Shown one piece after another: positions 24,475-35,609 of a stretch of 64,000 nt of DNA. How positions within the stretch are numbered: the stretch's first letter is position 1; each line of letters opens with the position of its first letter. This DNA comes from Hemiscyllium ocellatum. Lineage: Eukaryota. Position numbers and translations under genes: made by a program. The notes beneath the pieces were generated by a model. That model saw only the letters and a program-made list of their open reading frames with translations, ran no database searches and was not told the origin of the DNA. Location: the NCBI RefSeq assembly GCF_020745735.1, contig NC_083405.1:58804345-58868344 (forward strand). The letters run 5' to 3'.

Positions 24475-25510
24475 GTTAGTGCATTGAGTATAGGAGTTGG
24501 AGGTCATGTGGGGAACGTTTGAGGACCCTGGGTCTATACTTGATGGAATTTAGAAGGATGAGGGGGAAGCTAATTGAAACATACAGAATACTGAACGACC
24601 TAGACAGAGTAGATGTTGGGACGATGTTCCATTGGTAGGAAAGACCAGGACCCAAGGGAACAGCCTTACAGTAAAGGGAAGACCTTTCAGAACAGAGATA
24701 AGGAGAACCTTCTTCAGCCAGACAGTGGCGAATCTATGGAATTCATTGCCACAGAAGGCTGTGGTAGCCAGGTCATTGGACATAGTTAAGAATGAGATAG
24801 GTAGGTTCTTGAGTATGAAGAGGATCAAGGATTACAGGGAAAAAGCAGGAGAATGGGGTTGAGAAACTTATCAGCGATGATTGAATGACAGATCATACTC
24901 GATGGGCTGAATGGCCTAATTTCTGCTCCTATGTCTATGGTCATGTTGCAGCTGTACAGGACTTTGGTTAGGCACTTTTGGAATCCTGCATTGCAATTCT
25001 GGTCTCCCTGATAAAGGAAGGATGTTGTGAATCTTCAAAGGGTGCAGGAAAGATTTAAAAGGATATTGCCAGGATTGGAAGGTTTGAGTTATGATGAGAG
25101 GCTGAATAGGGTGGGGCCATTTTCCCTGGAGCATCAACGGTTGAGGGATGACCTTATAGAGGCTTATAAAGTCATGACGGCCACAGATAGGATGAATAGA
25201 TAAGGTCTTTTCCCTGGGGTGGGGTAGTCCATAAGGGCACAGGTTTAAGCTAAGAGGGGAAAAATTTAAAAAGGGATCTAAGGGGCACAGAGGGTGGCGT
25301 GTGTATGGAAGGTGCTGTCAGAGGAAATAGTAGAGGCTGGCACAATTATGACATTTAAAAGGAATCTGGATGGGTGTATGAAAAGGAAAGATTTAGAGGG
25401 ATATGGGCCAAGTGCTGGCAAATGTGACCAGATTAACTTCTGATATCTAGTTGGCATAGACGAGTTGGACAGATAGAGATGTATAGCATGGAAACAGACC
25501 TATGATTCTA
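24475..25510 (+). mobile_element. HER1 3' fragment containing a nested CR1 of another subfamily (24510-24938)
   Basis: 8-bp repeat ggtcatgt at 24502-24509 and 24939-24946 brackets the inner copy (FFSQTVANLWNSLPQKAV). Confidence 0.8.
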
Positions 25511-26361
25511 AATTAATGACCTACTCCTGCTCCTTTTGAAATAATACTATCATAATCGGATTAAGTGTTCATTAATATCTGGTGACTTGCTGCAGAACTT
25601 TCTGATGTGCACAAATCAAAGCAGTCTACTCGATTGATTCTTCATTCACAAGATTAAGAATTCATGCATTCAATCATGAGCACACTGTGGATACAGTGGG
25701 TGCCATCTACAAGACATATTTCACTGACTGACTAAGGCTTCTTCAATAGCACACAAACCCATGATTTCTACCATCCACTTGAACAAGAGCAGTAGGTGAA
25801 CAAGAGCAGCAGTAGTATCCTCCATTTTTAGGATTTCCACAATCTGAATTGGAAAAATTATTATTATTTCTTCATTGTCACTAGGTCAATATCTTGGAAT
25901 ATTGAATGTGCAAATACCTTTACCACCTGGACTACAGTGGTTTGTCAAGGTACATGAATTCCTAAGTGCAATGCTTCTTTTTTGTTATAAAAATTAATTC
26001 ATGGAATGTGGACATCATTGTTAGGCCAACATTTATTGTCCATCCCTAATGACAGCTAAGAGTCAGCCACATTGCTGTGGGTTTGGAGTCACACGTAGGC
26101 CAGACCAGTTGAGGATTTCCTTCCCTACATCGTGTTGTTGAACCAAATAGGTTTTAATCACAATCAACAGTAGTTCCATGGCTGCCATTAGATGAGCATT
26201 TAATTCTAGATTTTTAAAAAATTAATTCAAACTTCAGCATCTAACAAGGAGGGATCTGAATCGATGTTCCTCAGAGCTTTAGCCAGGGATTACTCATTCA
26301 GTGACTTTACCATTACACCATCACCTTTCCACTTTGAAATGCATAAACACTTGATAACATT

Positions 26362-26465
26362 TGAGAGTATTGCGCTGGAAAAGCATAGCAGGTCAGGCGG
26401 CATCTGAGGAGGAGAATCAACGTTTCAGGCATAAGTTCTTCATCAGGAATGATGAAGGGCTCGAG
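26362..26465 (-). mobile_element. 104-bp hammerhead-bearing insertion (family B) with short inverted cap
   Basis: Perfect 16-bp TSD AACACTTGATAACATT at 26346-26361 and 26466-26481; minus strand ATTC-CTGATGA-A-GAAC[TTAT]GCCT-GAAA-CGTT (stem II mutated). Confidence 0.88.
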
Positions 26466-28963
26466 AACACTTGATAACATTCCTAAGGACAATTAGGATG
26501 GGTAATAAATGCTACTCCAGCAGCAACACACACATCCCCTGAATGAACAAAGGAAATCTCAACAGCATGGTAGCAAACATCAATGTCTATTCCTGGTTTC
26601 CACAAACTCTTTCTTTTAACTCGTTATGGGTGTCATTTCGGCTCAAATATCCAGAAACACTCAACATTTCCATCAGTACACCATTGCATCATATTGCTTC
26701 TTAAATGATTACAAGATTTTCAAATCCATTTTGTGTTGAACAAACAACATGGCAGAATGCTTTCTTTAAATGAGCCCTTAATCTGTCTTTTATATACTTG
26801 AACCAGTATGCTTTAATTTCTGTAGATTTTCTGAAATAATCATTCTCTTCCTCAAGTCCCCTCCCCTCCATCATATAGTACAGAGATCCTGGATACAGGA
26901 GATAAAGAAGCAGAGATGGTACGAGGAAACCTGTTCTCATTATAGTTCCAATTTAGAATGCACTATCTGAAAAGATGGAGGAAGCAAGTTCAATACTAAC
27001 ATTCAAAAGTGAAACAGATAAATACTTGACAAAAAAATACTTTACAATATTATAAGTAGAGAACACAAAGGTAGGATTTACTAGACAGCTCCATCAAAGA
27101 GCTGGAACATGGGTCAAATGGCCTCCAGCTGTGTTATGATTCTATGAATCAAGTCTAAACCAAAAGAAAATTAATTCTGCCATCTGCACTTACTGGAAGA
27201 AAGCAAAGTACCAACTACTATCCATCGCAATATCTCAAATTTATATTAATTGGGCATGCAAAACATGGGCTAATCTGCAACTAGTAAAAATTTCAATGTG
27301 GAAACATTTTGTAAGAATTCTTAGCTAGGTAATTGCATGAACCTCTTTAAAATGAAACTGTTGCAGTTGTAATTGAGAAGTTCCAGTTGTCCTTTGGTTT
27401 AGACTACCTAGATTGGGAAAACACGCAGTTGTCTCTCTGGCAAAACTGAAGCCGCCCTGTTATAAAATTTTTAATTCCCTAAACAACTTTTCAACTACAG
27501 TTGACATAATTCTGAATCCACAGATCATAAACAAACCAAAATACAACTTAAATAAGTAGGTGTATGAATATTTAGTGACTTTAAAAAAATTAAACAGCCA
27601 AACAAAAATGACTGCTATAGTCATATGACTGGACTTGGCAGTATCCTTTACACAAGTTTCTCAGAAATCAAAGTCAGCCAGATGCTCAACACCTCCTGTA
27701 GCTCCTGCTTGAATGGGAATGCTAACTGTTGCTTTATATGCTGCTACAGGGAGCATTATCTCTTTAAAAAACCCAACCCTATTAAACAGAGTTACAAGTC
27801 AACCCATCCTATAAAATGCTTTATGACTTTCCACTTAACCACTAGGATGAGGCATAGACCATTCTTTACCTGCTACACAAACCTTCTCTTGACATGCATT
27901 GTTCTCATGAATAAGTTGGTTTCATTGATGTTAAAGGTTCATTTCACTGAATGGTAGATTGCTCTGTTGTGAAATGATATGGCGTATACATTTCTTTGAT
28001 CAGTAACTTAAAACTTGTTACAACAAGTCAGTAGTTCTTTTCCACTGACCTTCAATCCAACTGATAAACTTAAACATTTTTAATCCTCTGGAGGCAAGAA
28101 AATATACTTGAGTTAAGAGAGGAATGAAGAATGCAAAGCAGTATTCAGAGAAGTACAAAGGACAAACTAAAAAGGAAAAGCAATTTGATGCCACAAGAGT
28201 GCAAGAAGACCAAATACAAATGAAAAGGAATCTGTGCCTCTCCCTCAGGTAAATGTGTGGGAATCAATGAACTTGTCAAACTATGCCAAACAATAAAATA
28301 TGGCAGATATCAAGATCACCAGTATTCATTAGATTTATCAACAGAGAAATGCAATAACAGTAAAACACAGATGTAAAAGACACAATCCAAATTTTGATAT
28401 CTTACATCATTTATTTTCCAAGCACAAAAAAAAGAGATCATAGGAAAATTGTTAGGGGAATCATTTTGCAAAAGATCTCCATGATTCTTCCAAAGCAGTC
28501 AGCCACCCTGCCTGGTCCAGGTACCAGCCTCGACCGAACTTGTCCAAATATACAGGAAATGTGCTCTAGTTAGGAACAGGATTTGGCCATTCAGTCCTTC
28601 AAGCCTGTTGCATTTGTTACTAGCCATTATCAGTAAATTTTGTACATAGTAATAAACTTAGCTTTGCTTTGTAATTTTGGCTAAGGCAACAAAATTGAAA
28701 ACAGTTCAAACAGCTATGACGTGTGACAATCATGTCAGTAAGTCAAAATGTTGTTTATTGGATCACCATTCATGACATTGCAAACTTTAACATTTTACAT
28801 TAGTTTAACAGGATGCAACTTTCCAAACATGATATCGATCCAAAAAAATTGTATAGAGAAACCTTCAGCAATTTACTTCACATTTAAAATTTATGACCTG
28901 AAAATACAGTGACCAGTGAATTTGCTTTTCTAGTCTTACGAAAAGTAAATCATGGTTGCCTAC

Positions 28964-28999
28964 CTCCAACATTTCACTTAATCGTACGTCCGTCCTTTG
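28964..28999 (-). CDS. VPS50: VPS50 exon, 36 bp
   Basis: QRTDVRLSEMLE; acceptor tacAG, donor GTaggc; follows an 83-bp intron. Confidence 0.95.
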
Positions 29000-29082
29000 C
29001 TGTAGAGAACAAAATAAAAACTGTCAGAAATATTTCACACAAAATAAAATAAAAAAAGTTTATGTACGTAAAAAATATATAC

Positions 29083-29200
29083 CAGTGTTTTAATTGTGCG
29101 TAAAGACTTCAGTAGTCCAATCAACAGCTGTCTCTTTCTTTGATTCGCAAGCAACCCCAGGCTAGCTTGTGTAAAGCCTTCCTTGGCAATATTTAGCTGC
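29083..29200 (-). CDS. VPS50: VPS50 exon, 118 bp
   Basis: (R)[39 protein letters not shown]; acceptor gtcAG, donor GTatat; the phase 2 start completes the codon from the previous exon. Confidence 0.97.
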
Positions 29201-31929
29201 CTGACAAAATAAAACATCAAGTCTGTTTTAAACAATTACTTATGGTAATGAAATGCAATCAAAATGTTATTTATCTTCATGATACAATGTTTATTTTCTT
29301 ATTAAAAATACAACCTAAATTACATCTTCAACACGCCAAAATATACCATGATGCTTTACAGAGTTATAAGTCAAAGGAACCCTTGGCCAGAAGTAGAAGA
29401 ACTCAGACCAAAAAAAACTGATCAAAAGTTTTAAGACCAAGTATGAAAAAAGAGATCAAAGGCAAAAGGGAGACAACTTTAGTGAGAAAATTCCATAGAA
29501 ATCTCATAGGTTGAAAAAGCTACTCTTAGAGCAGAGGTAAAGATGCAGCAGAGGGGAGTGCATTCTTAAACCAAAAGAATTGAATGACAAATGCACAGCA
29601 CACTCTAAACCAGGAAAGCCACTTCAAAAATCAGATGGTCAGCATCCATACAACAGAATTAACAGTTTCATTAAAACAGTAAATAATCAGCTTTTATTAC
29701 AGATAAGTGAAATTTCTTGTTCTTTGTAATTCTGCAACTTCCTTTTGATTCGTGCAGTCAATAAACTATCTTCAATATCAAGGTATTTTCTCCAAATAAA
29801 ACAGCACAGCATTAGGCTTTCAGACCAACTGATCAGTATTCTCAATGAGGTCCTCATGTCCTTAACACACTACATTTGTTTGCTCCCAGCGCATACTCTA
29901 TCCTCTTCACCTCTTTGCTAAAATCAATTTATCTAATCTACCATAACTACACAGCAGGTTCCACCCTCTGGGTCAAGGTGATTCTCCTGAGTTCCCTTTT
30001 GGACTAATGAGTGACTCTTATGCTTATGGTATTTAGGTTTGAATCCCCATCCAATCATTTGTGTTTTAAGGTAAACATTAAATCTTATTGGTTTCTAGTT
30101 TCCAAAATGAAACCCACCCCGTTCTATCTTTCTTGATTTATTTTAATATCTCTGTACTATTATATTACTGTATGTTCTTATATCTTCACCAGTGCCACTG
30201 TATGCGTGTTTCAAACATAATGACCAGAAGTGTGCACAAAACCACAAGTGTAGCCACACCTAAATTCCATGCAAATCAGACATAACTTCTCTACTTCTTC
30301 AGTTCTAATCCTTAAGAAATTTTATTGCTTCTTTCTTATATTTTTGTGGCCTTGTTAATCTGATTTACAATAATAATGATCCACGTCTCCATATCTTGAA
30401 ACATAAATGTGATTTGGATTTTAAGTTTCCAATATGTATGCTTTGTTCTTTCAATCAAAATTCCCTTTCTTACACTTGTAAGAAGTACTGAATATCAAAC
30501 AACATTTGGACATGTAGTTTTAATATAATCGACTGTTTTATCCAAAATGCTTTTAGCCCATCTCAATATGATGATAAGCATCGAGTTATCAGATGATGAC
30601 TTGTGTGTTGAGCAGCCATCTTAGGAAATACTTGTGGTATCTCATCAGCTCCCTAATTTTGACAACTTCAGATTTTTCTTTATCCATCCATATGCCAAGA
30701 ATAAATTCTATGTTGTTGTGCAAAAATATTCTCATCTTTCTTGGTTCTGAAGTTTACTTTCCAATACACACACAAAAGTTACATACCTGCTGAATACTTA
30801 CCCCACTGTAAATAGACTTTGAACGCAAAATTATTACAGTAAAAAGTAATTAGTGATCAGTGAATATTTGCACCATGTTCGTGCAAACTGAAAAATGCCA
30901 AGCAAGCATTAACTGAAAATCCAGTTGATTAATATTTTCCACAAGTTCTTTTACAGACTTAGCAGAACTTCAGCGCAAATCATACAAACATGGAAGAAAA
31001 ACCCTGGGAACACTCAACAGTTTAGGCAGCTCCTGTGAAGGGAAAGAGTTCCAGCTTGAGATTGCTGATTCTTTTTCAAGAGAACCACCTTTATTATTCC
31101 TACTTGAAATGTTTTTTGTAGACTTTTGTTTTAGAAAAAAACAATTCAAATCAGAATTGCAAGTAGGGAGCAATTCTAACATAGAATGTTGCATTCCTGA
31201 AATACAAATTAGTTCTTTAAAAACAAATTAGCTTTCATATTTACCTCTGCGATGAAGGAATGACATGGATGACTCTTTGCCCTGAAATACCATTTGGTTT
31301 CACCACATATGCTTGGGAATTACATTTGCTACTTGTTACAAAGGCATAAATTATTAATTTATTTTGCAAATGGGTACGAACTCAAGAACCATAAGATTCA
31401 CAACAAATTTACTAGATTGATATCTGGAAAAAGTTGGTTGCATATGAGGAAAGGTTGGAAAGACTGGCTTGTCTCTATTCGACTTTATAACAGTGAGGGG
31501 TGACTTGACTAAAGTATAGAAGATCCGAGAGCTTGGATGTGGAAAAGACGTTTTCTCCTGTGAGCATGCCCAGAATCAAGGGACAATGCTTAAAGATTAG
31601 AGGTCACCTTTGTAGGGCAGAAACCAGTGTGTATTTTTTTCTCGGAGGATCTGTAACTTTAGAAGTCACTGCTTACTAAGCCATTGAATATTGATTAGCT
31701 CCACTGATGGAATAGCTGGTTTATGATACTGAGTGAATACAACAATATGGGTTCAATCCCTGTAGCAGACATGAGCAAATCATAAAAGCCTCAACAGTGA
31801 TCAAGTTAAAATCACCACGAGTCACCTCTCTTCCAGTCTACTGCGAGCAGCCTGTGGGACTATGGCCACTTTCACGGTGTAAGCCAAGAAGGAACAACTT
31901 TGAGGAACGACAGGGTACAAATCTTGAGT

Positions 31930-33570
31930 ACAAGGTAACAGTTCAGCATGGTTTTGTCAAGGGGAGGTCATTTCTGATCAAATTCATTTAATTTTCCAGA
32001 GAAGTGACCTGCTGTTTGGACGAGGGCAGTGTGTTCAATGTCGTCAACTTGGACGTCAAAAAGGCTTTTGATAAGGTCCCGAATGGGAGACTGAAAAGTA
32101 AGAGCTCATGGGATCCAAGGAAATTTGGCACATTTGATCCATATTTGGCTGAGTGGTAGGAAGAAAAGGGAGATAGTTGCAGGCTGCTTTCTGATTGGCA
32201 GTCTATATCCAGTGTGGTGCCAGGGTCAGTGTTGGAGCCCATGCTACTTGTGGTTTTCAAGAATGATTCAGACTTGAAAGTTGGAGGGTTGATCAGTAAT
32301 TTTGCAAATGATTCAAAAATTGGTGGGATGATAAATAATCAGGAGGATAGCCATTGATTACAGGAGGGTAGAAATGGGCTGACTGGTTGTAAAAGGAATT
32401 CAATCCACATGAAATGAACATTTGGGTAGGCCTAACAAGGCACGGGAATACATGACAAACTGCAAGACCTTGAAAAGTCTATCTGTACTCCAATCTTGAG
32501 TCAGACTAGTTTTATTTCCAAAGTAGGAATTTATAAAATGTCACATGGACTGACTGCCTACAGAATGTGTGCTTTTTGAACATAACAGATTGTATCTGCA
32601 AATCCAAGTCTGCAAATGCAAATTCACCCCATAGCCGTGTGTGCGCGCGCGTATGTGAGAGAGAGAGAGAAAATGAGAGCGCGAGAAAGAGAGCGCGAGT
32701 GTGCGTGAACATGACGAGTGTGGGGGTGTGTCTGTATGTCTGACAGAGAGCAAGAGAGAGGGTCTGCAGACCCTCTCTCATATGCACCCTCTCTCTCAGA
32801 CACACACAAACACCCTCTCACAAGGATACAATCCATCACACTCGTGCACACACACATATAAGGGATGAATTTGCATTGCAGATTCATTCTATTTTGTTCA
32901 AAAAGCACACAATCTGCAGGCAGTCAGTCCGTCCATGTGACATGTTATAAATTCCTACTTTGGAAAGAGAACTTGTGTGACTCAAGTTTGGAATACAGAT
33001 AGACTCTAACCTCACACCTTTAATGTATTGCCTGAGCTGAGATGTCACTTTTTTTTTTATAAAACTTTACATTATCTCGGGAATGTGACTTTAAAGTTCT
33101 GGGATTTACTTATTATTGAATTGAAACCTGCAACCCATTCTAAGTGATTAAAGACTTCACAGCAATCTAGGTTTGTCCAATACATCACAACAGTTGTATG
33201 ACACTTTGATCTTTTGCTACAAATTCTGTGTCTTATGACCCTGCCCCACAAGCTACCTGACGAAGAATCAGCGCTCTGAAAGCTCTCTCATTCCAAATAA
33301 ACCTGTTGGACTATAACCTGGTGTTGTATGATTTTTAACTTTGTCCACCCCAACCCAACACCGGCATGTCCACATCATGAACTGGCCAAGGCGTAGCTTC
33401 TAAGAGCAGGGAGACTATGATGGGACAGTGTCAAAATTGGTTAGGCCATAGGTAGAGTATTGTGTGCAGTTCTGAAATCAACATTAGAAGAGGAATGTGA
33501 TTGCACTGGAGAAGGTACAGAAAAGATTTAACAGGATGTTGCTTTAGCTGGAAAGTTGCAAAATTACCAG
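31930..33570 (+). mobile_element. Decayed CR1 RT region interrupted by the 32476-33380 element
   Basis: QHGFVKGRS, LDVKKAFDKVP and S.FANDSKIGG; resumes after 33380 with VQF..HY/ERV.KRF-type sequence. Confidence 0.75.
32476..33380 (+). mobile_element. Longer family-C PLE-derived element with inverted 5' segment and degenerate hammerhead (about 33254-33286)
   Basis: About 150-bp inverted arms (32476-32633 / 32858-33005) around a (GT/GA)-(TC/CA) microsatellite spacer; tail ccaaataaacctgttggactataacctggtgttg matches family C. Confidence 0.78.
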
Positions 33571-33595
33571 TTTAATATCTGGACTAGAGTTAGAG

Positions 33596-34330
33596 TTAGG
33601 AGAAAGCGAGGACTGCAGATGCTGGTTGGGAAGAAGAATGCAGGTCAAGAAGGCGGTGTGGAGTGCGAGGGTTGGGACTGAAAAAAGGTTGAGGGTGGGG
33701 GGGGGGGGGGGGGGAGGGAAATGAGAAAGCTGGAGAAATCTGCATTCATCTCTTGTAGTTGGAGGGTTCCTAGGCGGAAGATGAGGCACTCTCCCTCCAG
33801 ATGCGTGTTGCCATGGTGTGGCGATGGAGGAGGCCAAGGACCTGCATGTCCTTGGCGGAGTAGGACGGGAAGTTAAAGTGTTCAGCCATGGGGTGGTTGG
33901 GTTGGTTGGTGCGGGTGTCCCAGAGGTGTTCTCTGAAACGTTCCGCAAGTAGGCGACCTGTCTCCCCAATGTATAGGAGGCCACATTGGGTGCAGTGGAC
34001 GCAGTAAATGATGTGTGTGGAGGTGCAGGTGAATTTGAGACGGATATGGAAGGATCCCTTGGGACCTTGGAGGGAAGTGAAGGGGGGGGGAAGGTGAGGG
34101 CGCAAGTTTTGCATTTCTTGCGATTGCAGAGGAAGGTGCCTGGAGTGGAGGTTGGGTTGGTGGGGAGTGTGGACCTGATGAGGGAGTCGCGGAGGGAATG
34201 GTCTTTCTGGAACAACGATAGGGGAGGGGAGGGAAATATATCTTTGGTGGTGGGGTCTGTTTGGAGGTGACGGATATGATACGATGTATCTGGAGGTTGT
34301 GGGGTGGTAGGTGAGGACCAGTGGGGTTCT
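33596..34330 (-). mobile_element. Penelope-like element (Neptune-like) GIY-YIG 3' fragment
   Basis: PLVLTYHP; FTCTSTHIIYCVHCTQCGLLYIGETGRLLAERFREH; HFN...MQVLGL; tail ccagcatctgcagtcctcgctttctcc. Confidence 0.92.
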
Positions 34331-34349
34331 AGAGAGTTTTAGGAACATC

Positions 34350-35595
34350 AACCATTCAGCCTCTCAAGATTGTTCTATCATTCAATGAGAAGATCATGAT
34401 TGATTTGTGGTCTAACTCGATATATCTGCGTTTGGTTCATATCCCTTAACATCGTTGCTTACAAAACTTTGTCTCTGCTGTAAAATTAGCACCTAATCCA
34501 GTATATCTGCTATTTGCAGAAGACACTTCCAAACATCTACCACCCTTTGTGTGGAGAAATGCTTCCTCACATGGCTCCTGATCTTATTTCTGAACTCTGA
34601 ACTCTAATTTCCCAGCCACTCTAATCCCAACCAGTGGAAATAGTTAGTCTTTATTATCCGGTCTTTTCCTAGCAAAATTTTAAAGTTTTCACTCAACTCA
34701 CCCCTTAACCTTCTAAATTCTAGAGAAAACAGGCCTAATTTGTGTAATTCCTCCTTATAACTTAACCCTTGAAGTCCAGGTATCATTCTTGTAAAGCTAC
34801 ATTGTACTCCCTGCAAGGTTATTATATCCTTCCTAAGGTGTGGTGCTCAGACCTGCTCACAGTTTCTTCAAGAAGAGTCCAACCAGGGTTTTGTATAACT
34901 GCAGCATAATTTATGCATCCTAGAACTCCATCCCTCTAGATATAAAGGCCAGCATTCCTTGAGCTTCCTTGATTATTTTCTGCACCAGTTCATGGCATTT
35001 TCAAGATCTATACACCTGAGCTCCCCAAGTCTCTCTGGACATCCACTGTACTTAAATCATCTAAAAAGTATACTGATTTATCCTTTCTCGGTCCAAAATG
35101 GATAACTTCTCACTTGTTTACAATGAATGCCATCTGCTACAGTTTTGCCCATTCACTTAGTCTATCAACATCCTTTTGTAATTTAATGCTACCATCTACA
35201 TTGTCTACAATGCCACCTAAAATTGTGTCATTAGAAAATTTGGATAGATGACTTTCTATGCCATCATCCAAGTCATTTATAAACAACACAGACCCTAATG
35301 CAGATTCTTGTGGTCACTACTCATCATATCCTGCCAAGTTGAGTCCCTATCCATTACCCCTACTTTCTGTCACCTGCCACACAACAACTTTCTCAGCCAT
35401 CTCAATAATTTGGCGTCAGTTCTATGGGCTTCTACCTTCATTAACAAACTTTTTACCAATTACCTTCTGGAAGTTCATATAAACAACATCCATAGGTGTT
35501 TCCCAGCCCACTACCTCAGTCACCTCATCTAACAAATTCAATGAGGTTTGTCAAGCATGACCCACCTGACAGAAATCTACACTGGCTCTGCCAAT
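34350..35595 (-). mobile_element. Decayed CR1 RT/3' fragment
   Basis: FTRMIPGLQGLSYKEELHKLGLFSLEFRRLRG; SCLTNLIEF. Confidence 0.82.
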
Positions 35596-35609
35596 TACTG
35601 AAATTTCTT

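Noticed and set aside
25780-25816. Short direct repeat tgaacaagagcag x2
   Set aside because: A simple local slippage duplication inside a decayed LINE; there is no array structure and it is not CRISPR-like.
29000-29082. U12-type minor intron (donor starts GTAT)
   Set aside because: The donor is GTATATAT rather than GTATCCTT, and no U12 branch motif is evident.
33544-34215. 223-aa Pro/Thr/Ser-rich ORF as a host protein
   Set aside because: It is alternative frames of a frameshifted PLE plus a poly-C run.
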